64,000 nt of DNA, taken from assembly GCA_964187785.1 (NCBI GenBank), contig OZ076409.1:71178001-71242000 (forward strand), written 5' to 3'. Positions 50,801-64,000 of this stretch are shown piece by piece; the first letter of the stretch is position 1; every line of letters begins with the position of its first letter. The stretch is from Amphiscolops sp. MND2022. Its lineage: Eukaryota. Under the pieces are notes generated by a model. It did no database searches. It saw nothing but the letters and a program-made list of their open reading frames with translations, and was not told the DNA's origin. A program made the position numbers and the translations under genes.

Positions 50801-53800
50801 GCGGGGGGGTAACCCCAACAAAGATATTGGAGGATTCGGGTAGGGTCCTGAATCCGATCTTAGTACCGTCAGCTATCAGTAGAAAATTTCCCTCAAAAAC
50901 CGGGATCTCGGGAACTAACCGTAGGATTTGAAAGTTGGAGCGGCCCCCACCAGATTTTCCCGAATAGATCGCCCCCCACCGGGCTCCATACCCCGGAAAA
51001 TTTTTTTTTGGCCACACGGGCGACAGTTAGGGGGTCATTTTAGGGGTAAAATTCATATTGGTCCATATAACTTTTTTCCTGTTGGTTTAAAAGTTTGGGA
51101 ACCCTTCTAAAGGTTTTTCGACCATGTTGCAAGGGCTCCGGAGGTGCAAACCAAATTTTTCTATCTTGAAGCTATCTCCAAGTACCCCCCCGCTCAAACC
51201 GTTATTTTTCCGGAAACGCCGGTTTTTGACCCGGAAGGAGTCGTCTGAGCGCGGGGTCGTTAGGTGATGTTTTGGGGACGGCCTTGAGACAAAGTGGGGG
51301 ACAAGTAGTTTGCCAACCTCAATTTACCCCCCGGACGGGAAATGACCGTTATATGAGCGTGAAAAATGCCCCCCTCCACGTTTTACCGCTATTTCCGGTG
51401 TGAAGGTGTGGGAGTAGCGCGTCGGGTGCCATATATCAAAAGTAGGTTTAGACAAGGATCTATCAAAAACATGTGGTTTGGGACCCCCTGACCCAACCCG
51501 TTAGCGGGAAATGGGGCTTCCGCCTCCTTTTTTTCGGTTAAAAACGGAAAATGGGCATTGAGGGGTAAATATCTCGTGAACGCGTGGAGCTACGGTGTCC
51601 TTCACTACTACAAGGTTTCATACCCATGATATGGTGCCTTCAGGGGGGCAAACAGATTTCCGCTATCTATCACCGTTACGGACTTGGCCCCCCAGCCTAA
51701 CCGTTAAGTGACCGGAAATGTCATATTTTGAGCCCAAAGGGTCGGTCCCAGCCAGGGAACGTTAGGTAACTTATTGTAGTACTCATTGAGACGAGTTGGG
51801 GGACATAGTTTCAGTCACCCCCCGTTACCCCTTGGGACCGGAAATGACCGTTATGTGAGTAAATTTGCCATTTTTGTACTATTTGAAGGGCATTTAGACG
51901 CGGAAGGAGTGGTAACAGGTGCTTGGACACTATATGAGGTAAGGGAGGACGTGAGGCGAGCATTCAGACATAACCGTTATGTTGACCCTAAAGTCCCCCT
52001 GGTACCGTAAACGACCGGAAATGGTCAAATTTTGTATTTTTAGGGTACAAATGTTTGGTATTTTATGGAATAAAGTACATGGAAGGTGTTTCAAAGGCAT
52101 CCAGAAATGAACATAGTCATGAAACCTTGAGGGGGGTAACGGTATATAACACCGGAAGTCCAAGCCGTTGGACACAGTATAGGTTTTTGGGTTTTAAAAT
52201 GCTTATGAACGTACATTTGTGGGTTGAATTGTTCTAATATTGACTATTTTCGATATTTTTTGACATTAAAGGTTTTTCCAATAGTTTCAGGGACCTCCAA
52301 AGCTTCAATCAACATAACCTTTACATTATGATAGCCTTTCAAGTTGGCCTGGTGTCAACTTGGAAGGGCTATCCTTCACAAATCGTATATCAAGTGTGTT
52401 TTTGAGTAGGTTTTTATCACTTTAGTATCAATTAGAGCTTAATCATTAGTTTGCCAACGACAAAAACCATGTCGTGATGATTCCGTTAGTAGAAGAATAG
52501 TTAACAACTTGTTGACAAAGTTGATTTTTTGCATTTAAAATGTTTCCTAAATGCCAAGAAAACGATTTACGTTATAAATGGTACTGATTGACCCAAATAA
52601 CAGTTAAAAAAAGTTAAACATTATTTTTTCGTTTCATTATAGAAGCTGAAACCTCACGTTTTAACTTAATTAACGTCAACGCCACATACTTTACATCATC
52701 GCCCACCGTCTGTGGGCATGCCGAGGCATGCCCTTCGACGACGTATACCAAAATCCAATATATCTACACCCTTTTGCGGTAGCAGCTAGGTGCGGGGGGG
52801 TAACCCCAACAAAGATATTGGAGGATTCGGGTAGGGTCCTGAATCCGATCTTAGTACCGTCAGCTATCAGTAGAAAATTTCCCTCAAAAACCGGGATCTC
52901 GGGAACTAACCGTAGGATTTGAAAGTTGGAGCGGCCCCCACCAGATTTTCCCAAATAGATCGCCCCCCACCGGGCTCCATACCCCGGAAAATTTTTTTTT
53001 GGCCACACGGGCGACTGTTAGGGGGTCATTTTAGGGGTAAAATTCATATTGGTCCATATAACTTTTTTTCTGTTGGTTTAAAAGTTTGGGAACCCTACTA
53101 AAGGTTTTTCGACCATGTTGCAAGGGCTCCGGAGGTGCAAACCAAATTTTTCTATCTTGAAGCTATCTCCAAGTACCCCCCCGCTCAAACCGTTATTTTT
53201 CCGGAAACGCAGGTTTTTGACCCGGAAGGAGTCGTCTGAGCGCGGGGTCGTTAGGTGATGTTTTGGGGACGGCCTTGAGACGAAGTGGGGGACATGTAGT
53301 TTGCCAACCTCAGTTTACCCCCCGGACGGGAAATGACCGTTATATGAGCGTGAAAAATGCCCCCCTCCACGTTTTACCGCTATTTCCGGTGTGAAGGAGT
53401 GGGAGTAGCGCGTCGGGTGCCATATATCAAAAGTAGGTTTAGACAAGGATCTATCAAAAACATGTGGTTTGGGACCCCCTGACCCAACCCGTTAGCGGGA
53501 AATGGGGCTTCCGCCTCCTTTTTTTACGGTTAAAAACGGAAAATGGGCATTGAGGGATAAATATCTCGTGAACGCGTGGAGCTACGGTGTCCTTCACTAC
53601 TACAAGGTTTCATACCCATGATATGGTGCCTTCAGGGGGGCAAACAGATTTCCGCTATCTATCACCGTTACGGACTTGGCCCCCCAGCCTAACCGCTATG
53701 TGACCGGAAATGTCACTTTTTGAGCCCAAAGGGTCGGTCCCAGCCAGGGAACGTTAGATAACTTTTTGTAGTACTCATTGAGACGAGTTGGGGGACATAG

Positions 53801-54764
53801 TTTCAGTCACCCCCCGTTACCCCTTGTGACCGGAAATGACCGTTATGTGGGTAAAATTGGGATTTTTGTACTTTTTGAAGGGCAATTAGGTGCGGAAGGA
53901 GTGGTAATAGGTGCTTGGACACTATATGATGGAATGGAGGACGTGAGGCGAACATTCAGACATAACTGTTATGTTGACCCTAAAGTCCCCCTGGTACCGT
54001 AAACGACCGGAAATGGTCAAATTTTGTGTCTATTGGGTACAAATGTTTGGTATTTTGTAAATAAAAGTATCTATTAGGTGTTTCGACGGTCTGCAGTAGT
54101 GAACATAGTCATGAAACCTTGTGGGGGGTAACGGTATATAGCACCGGAAGTCCAAAACGTTAGAGACGGGATAGGTTTTTCCGTTTTAAAATGTCTTTCG
54201 GCGTACTTTTGTCAACTAATATGGAATATTTTTTAAAATTAAAGTTTTTCCATATAGTTTCAGAGACTCCCAAACCTCAAACAACATAACCGTTACCTTA
54301 TGATAGCCTTTCAAGTTGGCCTGGTGTCAACTTGGAAGGGCTATCCTTCAAAAATCGTTGATCAAGTGTGTTTTTGGGTATGTTTGAATCATTTTAGAAT
54401 CAATTAGAGCTTCAAGAAATGTTTGCCAACGACAAAAACTATGTCGTGATGATTCCGTTATTAGAGTAATAGTTAACAAAATATTGATTAAGTTGATTTT
54501 TTACATTTCAAAAGTGTCCTAAAAGCCAGAAAACCTCTTTACCAAACAAATGGTATTGATTGGATTGTATATAACAGGTAATAAAAGTTCAAATTGATTA
54601 TTACGTTTTATTATGTAAGCTGAAACGTCATATTATAGTTTAATTAACGTCAACGCCACATACTTTACACCAACGCCCACCGTCTGTGGGCATGCCGAGG
54701 CATGCCCTTCGACGACGTATACCAAATACATTTCATATCTACACCCACCCGCGGTAGCAGCTAG
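44878..54764 (+). repeat. Five family A cassettes (1972, 1974, 1975, 1991, 1975 bp)
   Basis: Internal junctions after 46849, 48823, 50798 and 52789. Confidence 0.9.
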
Positions 54765-56030
54765 GTGCCGGGATTTCTATTCGTTCAAGGAAGTGGCGCG
54801 TGTGGGTAGGGCCCCTGGCGCGCTCTTTTATTTCGGGTACACCTACTCCAAATTCACGATGTGATTTCGACGATCTCGTAAACTAGCCACACGATTTGGC
54901 TGAAATTTGGCACACGGCTCCGTTGGAACATTGTGAGAACAAATCCCTACTGACGTTTTGCCCGCTAAACATTTTTTGTTGGTCAAAAATGCGATTTTCC
55001 GACAAAATTTTTGACTTTTTTTTCTTTTTCAACTCATATCTCGCCACAGGGCCACGCTAGCGCTTTGCAACCTATGATCCTTTTTTGTAGGGCATTGCAT
55101 GTAGAACACGTATGCCAAATTTGGTGGCGATCGGACTTAAACTCGAGGAGATATAACGATTTTTTAGGTGCATTTTTTGACATTTTTTGCATTTGCTGAT
55201 TTATCTTTGCCGTTTTTTGCCCAGATTTTTTTTGAGACACTCTCCTAAAGACCTCCCCTTGCCGGTTTACCTCCCAGCAAAACCATTTGGCCCTAAATAC
55301 GAAGTTTCAGCGTTCTAGCATTCCCGGGCGAAAAGTTGTGGGACTTAGAAAAATTTTTTGGAAACGCAAAATGTGTAAAGTCAACTTCAGGCCTCCCAAA
55401 GTCAAGGAACTTCCACACAAATAGGATTGCAAGTGGATGCATGTGGAAAGTACTGGGATAGACGAGAAAAATGAGCTTTAGAACGACTCTGTAGCTTAAC
55501 CTGACGTTGACTTATGATGTTTTGAGTGTGTGCTTGCTAAGGGGTCCGAAATTGAAAATTTTTAAAGAAAATTAATATCGTTAAAAATTCATCGGAATGC
55601 CTGCAATATACAGTAGAGCGTGTTCAATTGTAGCTGACTAATGCATCAACGATGTTCAAGGTCTTTTAACTCAGTTTCAAAATGTTTTACTTTGTATTAT
55701 CCATCCGAGAGATCGAAACAGTTGAGTACATTCCATCTCCCTCCCGGGGGAGATGAGAATGTACTCGCTAAAGTCCAGATACCACAGCCCATATTTGTTT
55801 CTCTGCAACGCCATCTATGCTACTGCACATAACTACTAATCTTAAGACTGAATTTTGCCTTCACTTTGACTTGACACATGCTGAAGGTTTGATCCTTTCA
55901 CACATCATCATTACCTGAACAAAACAACCCTAACATCAACGCTCCACACTCATATCAACGCCCACCGTCCGTGGGCATGCCGAGGCATGCCCTTCGACGA
56001 CGTATAGCAAACAAACGCGGTAGCCGCTAG
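54765..56030 (+). repeat. Family F cassette (1266 bp)
   Basis: Body closely similar to 34634-35894, with a different 3' end. Confidence 0.9.
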
Positions 56031-58025
56031 GTGCGGGGGGGTAACCCCAACTTTTTTCTTGGAGGAATCGGGTAGGGTCCTGATTCCGAGTTCAGTGCCG
56101 CCAGCTATCGTTAAAAACCTATACCTTTTAAACCCGATCTCGGGAACTAACCACGCCCCTTCTTTAATTTTTTGGCCCCCACTCACTTTTTGAGAGTAGA
56201 TCGCCCCCCATTGGGTTCGATGTTGGGCAAAAATGGAGATCATGGGTAACGGGGACCGTTAAGGGGTAACTCAGGGGGTAAAATTTATTTTTTGCGTCAT
56301 ATCTTTTCCCCCCGTGGATTTAGCGCTTCCGGTCAGCAGACAAAACCTCATGTACGTGATACGGGGCCTCCATAGGTCCAAACAAAATTTTTCTATCATG
56401 CACCGTTACGGACTTGGCCCCCCGGCCCAACCGTTATTTTACCGGAAATTGCACTTTTTGACCGGGAAGGAGTCGTCTGAGCACGGAGTCGTTTGGTAAT
56501 GTTTTGTAGTGCATCTGGAGACGTGTTGGGGGACATGTAGTTTGCCGGCCCCAGTTTACCCCCCGGACGGGAAATGACCGTTATGTGAGTTTTAAAACTA
56601 CCCCCCTTCAATTTTCCCCGTTATTTCCGGTGTGAAGGAGTGGGAGTAGCGCGTCGGGTGCCATATATCAAAAGTAGGTTTAGACAAGGACCAACCGGAA
56701 ACATGTGGTTTGGGACCCCCTGACCCAACCCGTTAGCCGTTATAAGGGTGATCGCCTCCTTTTTTTACACTCAAAACCGGAAAACGGGTATTGAGGGGTA
56801 AATATCTCGTGAACGCGTGGAGCAATCGTGTCCGTCACTACTACAAGGTTTCATACCCATGATATGGTGCCTTCAGGGGGGCAAACAGATTACCGCTATC
56901 TATCACCGTTACGGACTTGGCCCCCCAGCCCAACCGCTATGTGACCGGAAATGTCACTTTTTGAGCCCAAAGGGTCGGTCCCAGCCTGGGAACGTTAGGT
57001 AACTTATTGTAGTACTCATTGAGACGAGTTGGGGGACATAGTTTCAGTCACCCCCCGTTACCCCTTAGGACCGGAAATGACCGTTATGTGGGTAAATTGC
57101 CATTTTTGTACAATTTGGAGGGCATTTAGATGCGGAAGGAGTGGTAATAGGTGCTTGGACACTATATGATGTAAAAGAGGACGTGATGCGAGCATTCGAA
57201 ATTAACCGTTATGTTGACCCCTAAGTCCCCCTGGTACCGTAAATGACCGAAAATGGTCTAATTTTGTGTTTATTGGGTACAAATGTTAGGTATTTTATGG
57301 ATTAAAGTACATGGAAGGTGTTTCAAAGGCCTCCAGAAGTGAACATCGTCATGAAACCTTGTGGGGGGTAACGGTATATAGCACCGGAAGTCCAAACCGT
57401 TAGTCACAGAATAGATTTTTTGGTTTCAAAATGTCTTTAGGCGTAGTTTTGTGGGTTGAATCGTCATAATATCAACTATTACGGTTATTTTTCGGAAATA
57501 AAATTTTTTCACATTAGTTTCAGGGACCTCCAATGCTTCAGTCAACATAACCGTTACTTTTTGATAGCCTTTCAAGTTGGCCTGGTGTCAACTTGGAAGG
57601 GCTATCCTTCTAAAATCGTTAATCAAGAGTGTTTTTGGGTAGGTATATGTTGCATTAGTACCAATTAGAGCTTCATCAACAGTTTGCCAACGGCAAAAAC
57701 TATGTCGTGATAATTCCGTTATAAGAATATTAATTAACAAATTGTTTACAAAGTTGATTTTTTCCATTTAAAATGTGTCCTAATGCCACCAAATTGAATA
57801 AAATAATAAATGGTATTGACTAAAACTAAATAACATTGAAAAAGAAGATCAACATTTTTATTAGGTCTCATTATGGAAGCTGAAACCTCACGTTTTAACT
57901 TGATTAACGTCAACGCCACATACTTTACATCAACGCCCACCGTCTGTGGGCATGCCGAGGCATGCCCTTCGACGACGTATACCAAATTCCTTTAACACAA
58001 CACCCCCGAGCGCGGTAGCAGCTAG
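56031..58025 (+). repeat. Family A' cassette (1995 bp)
   Basis: Body near-identical to 10969-12962, with a different tail. Confidence 0.9.
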
Positions 58026-59428
58026 GTGGTCGGGTATTTTTTTTTACTCGTATATGACGTTTGCGAGGCTTTGGGGAGGGCCCCGTGCCGAGCCTGTTCC
58101 GAAAATCGCCACATGTAGAAATCTGGCACTAAAATGCGAGATCTCAAAAAGTAGCCGTTAGAATTCTCTGAAATTTTGCATGTGGCTCAGAATTAATGAG
58201 TATTGAAAAAGTGTAGGAGTGAAGGTCGCTGAAAAAATGGTCCTTGTTGCACTTTTTGCGCAATTTTTGTCTGATTGTTGCGTTTTTTATGTCATTTTCG
58301 ACTTTTCAAGCAAAAAACTCATGGATGCTTTGTTCCTAGCGCATCAAGTGTGGAGCACGAAAAGTTGCAGCATCTCCAAGTGCGTATGCTGAGAAAATTT
58401 GGTTGCCGTCGGGTTACCCCCCACAGAGCTAGAGGGGTACTTCCGGTTATTTTTGACCCCCTAAATTAGGTAAACTGCTAATTTTTGTAATGAAGCCGTA
58501 GATTTAGCGTGTCCGCACCCTGCTGAAGTTTTGTTAAACATTTTGAGAGAGACCCAATGACATGTGTTCAGTTCACCCCTCATCACCCCCTTGACCGGAA
58601 ATGAACGTTTTTGTGCACTTTCAGACCGGATGTCTCCATTTTCACCGGTAAGGAGGCCTTGTACGACCAACTAGCAGGATATCAAAATTGAAGTATAACC
58701 CAGGGTCAACTTAATGACCACGTGTTGTCCAGTCATGGGTTTCACTATGACCGGAAATGGGCTCAAAACCCCACTTTTAGTAGTTTTTTATCAATTTGAA
58801 TAGTGTTTGGTCCACATTCAGGTGGCGTAAGTCACTTGCACCAGTGTGAGTATTAACTGCATGTTCCCTGCGTAGACGTAACTGACACTGTCAGATACCG
58901 GAAGTAACCCCATGTGACCGGAAGTGGTCAATTTTGACCGGAAATGGTCCAAAAAGTAGCGTAAAAGCAGTTTTTCACTACTTTTTAGGGACAATTTTTT
59001 ACTTTTTTTCAATCTGAATGCCTCCTTTATACTACCAAAGCTAACATCGTTGCCTGTTTTGCTAAAGATTTGGCAATTGATTACCTTTATCAACCCCGAT
59101 AGCCTTCCAAGTTGACCTTGGGTCAATCTTGAAGGCTATCTATACTTAAAACGAAAAATCGAGATAAGTTGTTTCCTCCATTACGTTGATAATTTTTCTT
59201 TGATGTCAAATTGTTAAGCAAAGACTTTTAAGCAAATTAATGATCTGAATCTTGTTCAGAGGTCTCACCCTGAGGAAGATTATTTGAGATTGAAGTAAAC
59301 TGAGAATGAGGTTAGTATTTGTCAACATCAGAGAATCTTATCAACGCCCACCGTCTGTGGGCATGCCGAGGCATGCCCTTCGACGACGTATGCCAAATAG
59401 CGCCACAGGGCGCCCACACTTTTGCTAG
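58026..59428 (+). repeat. Family E cassette (1403 bp)
   Basis: GTGGTCGGGTAT start; diverged from 28609-29999. Confidence 0.88.
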
Positions 59429-60817
59429 GTGGTTGGGGCGGTCCCCAGAACGCACAAGGAGGCGCGGGGAGGGTCCTGCGCCGACGTAGAATAATTTCAT
59501 ATAATACTAGTATCCTACATGGGTGTTTTAGAGGCGATTTTGGAATCTAACCGTAGGATTTGGATAATTTTTTGCATGCGGCCATAACTCGAAATTCTAA
59601 GAACTTTTTCCTACTGTCATTTTCCCCGCAAATTGTTTTTTGTTGACTTATGGCCGAAAAACCGGAAATAACGTCCTTTTTAGACGTTATATCCGAAGTG
59701 TCGTCATAACTTTTTTCCAGGGCATGCTAGCGTTCTCGTTCACTTTTACACTTAGTTGCAGCATCTCAAAATACAACTGGTGGAAAATTTTGATTGCATT
59801 CGGATCACCCCCCACCGAGATAGAAGGGTTCCCCCCTCCAGTTTTACCCCCCAAATTTGCAAAATAGCCAAATTTGAGCATGAAGCCGAGGATTTAGCGT
59901 ACCCGCACCCTCCTGATGTTTTGTTGTACGTATTGGGGTCAATCTGACGACATGTGTGGTTTTCACCCCGAACCCCCCCTTGGACCGGAAATGACACTTT
60001 TTTGTGTTTTTTGGCAGAATTTAGCCTTTTTCATTATTAGGCAGTCGTTTTAGGAACTCCTAGCAGGATATCGAAATTGAAATACAACCTGATCACAACC
60101 CAGTGACAACATGTTGGCCACTTGGAGGTATCATCATGACCGGAAGTGGGGTCAACCCCCCTTTTTGTGACCGCTTTTTGACCTTGTGCACCAAAATGCC
60201 AACATCTTGAGGCCTAATGAGGCATTCAAATCTGTACAAAGATAAAATGTTAGACAACCGAAGTCCCGGAAGATCTTTAGCATATACCGGAAGTTACCCC
60301 CCATGACCGGAAGTTACCCAATGTGACCGGAAATGGTCCAAAAATTAATGTAAAGTTGAATTTTTCACTATTTCAAGACCACTTAATTGAAACTTTTCAA
60401 TCTCAAAACTAGCGTACTGGCTTGTTTTGCTGAATTTATGGAAATTGATGAGCTCTATCGCCCCCGATAGCCTTCGAAGTTGACCTTGCGTCAACTTTGG
60501 AGGCTATCGATAAAGAAAAATGAACAACAAAGTACATTGTTGCTCTCGTTTTTCTCCCGTTGTTTTTCCTCAAACATTCTTGAGACATATACATGGCCGT
60601 TAGTTGAAATCAATATTTAGCCCATGTTATAGCTGGAGCAGCGAAGCGTTACACAGACTAGTGTGGTTTTGAAATCACACTATTTATATTAACAAGTGAC
60701 CGTCTTAGTCAACTCCACACATTCATACCAACGCCCACCGTCTGTGGGCATGCCGAGGCATGCCCTTCGACGACGTATGACGAATCCACTCCAACGACAC
60801 CCGCAGTCCTCAGCTAG
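59429..60817 (+). repeat. Family C cassette (1389 bp)
   Basis: Near-identical to 14956-16343. Confidence 0.9.
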
Positions 60818-63371
60818 GTGGCCGTGTCTTTTCGACGTGCTTTTGCATCGAGGAGTGGGTAGGGCCCCGCGACGACCTAGAAGAATTGGATGCTCACCGA
60901 AACGTGCAGAATTCTACGAGATCTCATAGTTTGAGCCATACGATTTTTCTGAAATTTGGCATGTGGCCTGGAATTGGTGAGTAGGTAAAACGTGTAGGAG
61001 GTAATTTTTCCCAAATTCCATTGTGAGAGGAGATATGGGCAAATAACGGTCCCAAAAATGGCAAAATTGCACTTTTTTCAACTTTGTCAGCCCATATCTC
61101 GTTCCCAGGTGCCCGGAGCGGGACGCGTTAAGCTGATTATAAACTCTAGGGTGTTGAGGCGGTACGGTGAACTTGAGCCCGTTCCGATCGGACTTGTAGT
61201 CTTGGAGAAATAACGGTATTTTTGGGAATTTTTTTCTAACGGTCCAGCTTATCTTTGCCATTTTTTCGAAAATGTACTCGCCTAAAGGCCTCCCCCTGGC
61301 CGAATTTACTCCCAGCAAAACCATTTGGCCCTAAATACGGAGTTTCAGCGTTCCAGCATTCGCGGGCGAAAAGTTGTGGGACTTGGAAAAATTTCAAAAA
61401 TTTTCAAAATTTTTTTTTACGTTTTCCGGGCCCCCAATGAAGGGGAAACGACCCCCCAACCCTTATTTTGAGTGAATGCATGTGGAAAGGCCATGGTTAG
61501 AGGAGAAAAATGCCGTTTAGATTGTCTTTCTATTTTAACTTGACATTGACTTATGACGTTTTGAATGTGATGTTAGGATGTGTGAGGCATGTGAAAAGTT
61601 GATGTTTTGAGTCTTTATCTCATATGAAAGCAATTGAGATGCACGCTGTCCTGCTCAAAACGTCTTTCGTTGTAGTTTTCCAGTGCACCAGAACCCTTTG
61701 GTGTCATTTGAACATACTTTTCTTCGGTTTATTAACATTTTTAATGTATTTATTCCAATTTTTATTATCTTATAGCTCAAAACAGTTGAGTACATTTCAT
61801 CTCCCTTTCGGGGGAGATGAGAATGTACTCGCTAAAGACCTAGCGCCATGACCAAAATTTGAAGCGCACGTTTTGTATCTTCTTACAGACTTGTTTTTGT
61901 ATTTTTTCGGATTTTTCTAAAAAATAATAACATACTTGAAATACATTACTTGACTTTACTACTACATTCCACCTCCAACGTCAACGCCCCCTGCTTGCAT
62001 CAACGCCCCATCGTCCGTGGGCATGCCGAGGCATGCCCTTCGACGACGTATGCCAAATGCCCAGTGCCACGCAGTCTTTCCCCGCTAGGTGGCCGTGTCT
62101 TTTCGACGTGCTTTTGCATTGAGGAGTGGGTAGGGCCCCGCGACGACCTAGAAGAATTGGATGCTCACCGAAACGTGCAGAATTCTACGAGATCTCATAG
62201 TTTGAGCCATACGATTTTTCTGAAATTTGGCATGTGGCCTGGAATTGGTGAGTAGGTAAAACGTGTAGAAAGTAATTTTTCCCAAATTCCACTGTGAGAG
62301 GAGATATGGGCAAATAACGGACCCAAAAATGGCAAAAATGCACATTTTTCAACTTTGTCAGCCAATATCTCTTTTCCAGGTGCCCGTAGCGTTCCGCACG
62401 TGGACATCAATATTGCTCAGCGCTGTTGGAGGAGTGCGTGGACAAATTTTGGTTTAAATCGGACTTAAACTTGACGAGAAATTAACGGTTTTTTGGGCGT
62501 TTCCGGGGTAAATTTTTTAACGGTCCAGCTTATCTTTGCCATTTTTTCGAAAATGTACATGCCTAAAGGCCTCCCCCTGGCCGAATTTACTCCCAGCAAA
62601 CCCATTTGGCCCTAAATACGGAGTTTCAGCGTTCCAGCATTCCGGGGCGGAAAGTTGTGGGACTTGGAAAAATTTCAAAATTTTTTCAAAAATTTTTTTC
62701 CCGTTTTCCGGGCCCCCAATGAAGGGGAACGAGCCCCCAACCAGTATTTTGAGTGAATTCATGTGGAACGCCCATGTTTGGAGGAGAAAAATGCCGTTTA
62801 GAACATCTTTTTATCTTAACTTGACATTGACTTATGACGTTTTGAATGTGATGTTAGGATATATGAAGCATGTTAAAAGTTGAAGTTTTGAGTCTTTATC
62901 TCATCGGAAAACCATTGAGATACAAGCAGTTTTGCTAAAAACGATTTTCATTGTAGGTTAGCAGAGTATTAGTACACTTTGATGTCATTTGAGTATATTT
63001 TTCTTCTATATAATAACTGTTTTTATGTATTTATTCCAATTTATCTCATCTTTTAACATCAAGCAGTTGAGTACATTTCATCTCCCTTTCGGGGGAGATG
63101 AGAATGTACTCGCTAAAAACCTAATGCTATGGCGCCAATGTTTGAATGGGAAGTTTTCTATGCTTTGAAAAAAGTTATTTTTAATTACTTGATTTTTTAA
63201 AACAATAATTAACATGAAGTACATTACTTGCTCCTACTACTACCACCATACATCTCTAACGTCAACACGCCCCCTGCTTGCATCAACGCCCCATCGTCCG
63301 TGGGCATGCCGAGGCATGCCCTTCGACGACGTATGCCAAATGCCCAGTGCCACGCAGTCTTTCCCCGCTAG
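60818..63371 (+). repeat. Two family G cassettes (1271, 1283 bp)
   Basis: GTGGCCGTGTC starts; junction at 62088/62089; identical tails. Confidence 0.9.
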
Positions 63372-64000
63372 GTGCGGGGGGGAAACCCCATCCCTTATCT
63401 TGGAGGATTCGGGTAGGGTCCTGAATCCGAGTTCAGTGCCGCCAGCTCTCAGTAGAAATCTGGGCATTTTTTTGCGATCTCGTGATCTAACCATAGGATT
63501 TTAAAGTTGGAGCGGCCCCCACCAGATTTTCCAAAGTTATTCGCCCCCCACCGGGTTCCAGCGTGATTGAAATATTTTGACGGGGTACACGGGCGACCGT
63601 TAGGGGTCATTTTGGGGGTAAAATTTATAAAAGTTCGCATAACTTTTTTCCTGTTGGTTTAAAACTTTAGGACCCTGCTAAAAGTTTCTTGACCATGTTG
63701 CAGGGGCCCCGGAGGTCCAAACCAAATTTTTCTATCTTGAAGCTATCTCCAAGTACCCCCCCGCCCAAACCGTTATTTTTCCGGAAACGCCGGTTTTTGA
63801 CCCGGAAGGAGTCGTCTGAGCGCGGGGTCGTTAGGTGATGTATTGGGGACGGCCTTGAGACGAAGCGGGGGATATATAGTTTGCCGACCCCAGTTTACCC
63901 CCCGCACGGGAAATGACCGTTATATGAGCGGGAAAAATGCCCCCTCCACGTTTTACCGCTATTTCCGGTGTGAAGGAGTGGGAGTAGCGCGTCGGGTGTT
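63372..64000 (+). repeat. Family A cassette running off the window edge
   Basis: GTGCGGGGGGG start, A body. Confidence 0.9.

Larger units (their letters stand above)
9265..64000 (+). mobile_element. Head-to-tail array of non-coding cassettes (32 complete + 2 partial, >=7 families) joined at CTAG^GTG
   Basis: The core caacgccc(a)ccgtc(c/t)gt(g/a)ggcatgccgaggcatgcc(c/t)ttcgacgac, then a variable tail, then CTAGGTG, occurs 33 times. Units end at 10968, 12962, 14955, 16343, 18534, 20509, 22686, 24657, 26633, 28608, 29999, 31388, 32660, 34633, 35894, 37183, 38472, 39741, 41031, 42304, 43592, 44877, 46849, 48823, 50798, 52789, 54764, 56030, 58025, 59428, 60817, 62088 and 63371. The repeat structure is directly seen; the mobile nature is inferred. 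Confidence 0.85.

Noticed and set aside
10875..63371. CRISPR array (conserved palindromic repeat with variable intervening sequence)
   Set aside because: The intervening sequences are 1.2-2.2 kb, fall into repeated families, and there are no cas genes; the context looks eukaryotic.
9265..64000. Simple satellite or higher-order repeat, or an rDNA/5S/snRNA/tRNA/histone gene tandem array
   Set aside because: The family order is aperiodic and units of different length and body share only the end signals. I recognise no rRNA, tRNA, snRNA or histone sequence. An unrecognised ncRNA cannot be excluded without an Rfam search.

Overview
AT-rich, apparently eukaryotic genomic DNA with no convincing intact protein-coding gene. 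Bases 1-~9260 are repeat-rich intergenic DNA: a Helentron/HINE-like non-autonomous element, a ~420-bp inverted-repeat pair bracketing ~6 kb, and one or two C-type-lectin-like exon fragments. From 9265 to the window end lies a head-to-tail array of non-coding cassettes: 32 complete and 2 partial units, 1.26-2.19 kb, in at least 7 sequence families (my labels A-G). All units share one orientation and are joined at an invariant CTAG^GTG junction (33 of 33 junctions). The family order is shuffled rather than periodic. Although the bodies diverge, units keep the same architecture: a 5' subterminal hairpin around GGG(T/G)AGGG (family D differs), one large internal imperfect hairpin of two alternative types, iteron-like TCAACGCC direct repeats, a GGGCATGC-CGAG-GCATGCCC stem-loop with compensatory substitutions, a variable tail, then CTAG. 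This looks like a cassette array built by site-specific insertion or excision of units (rolling-circle/HUH-type or tyrosine-recombinase/integron-like) rather than an ordinary satellite. That mechanism is inference, and no enzyme is encoded in the window.
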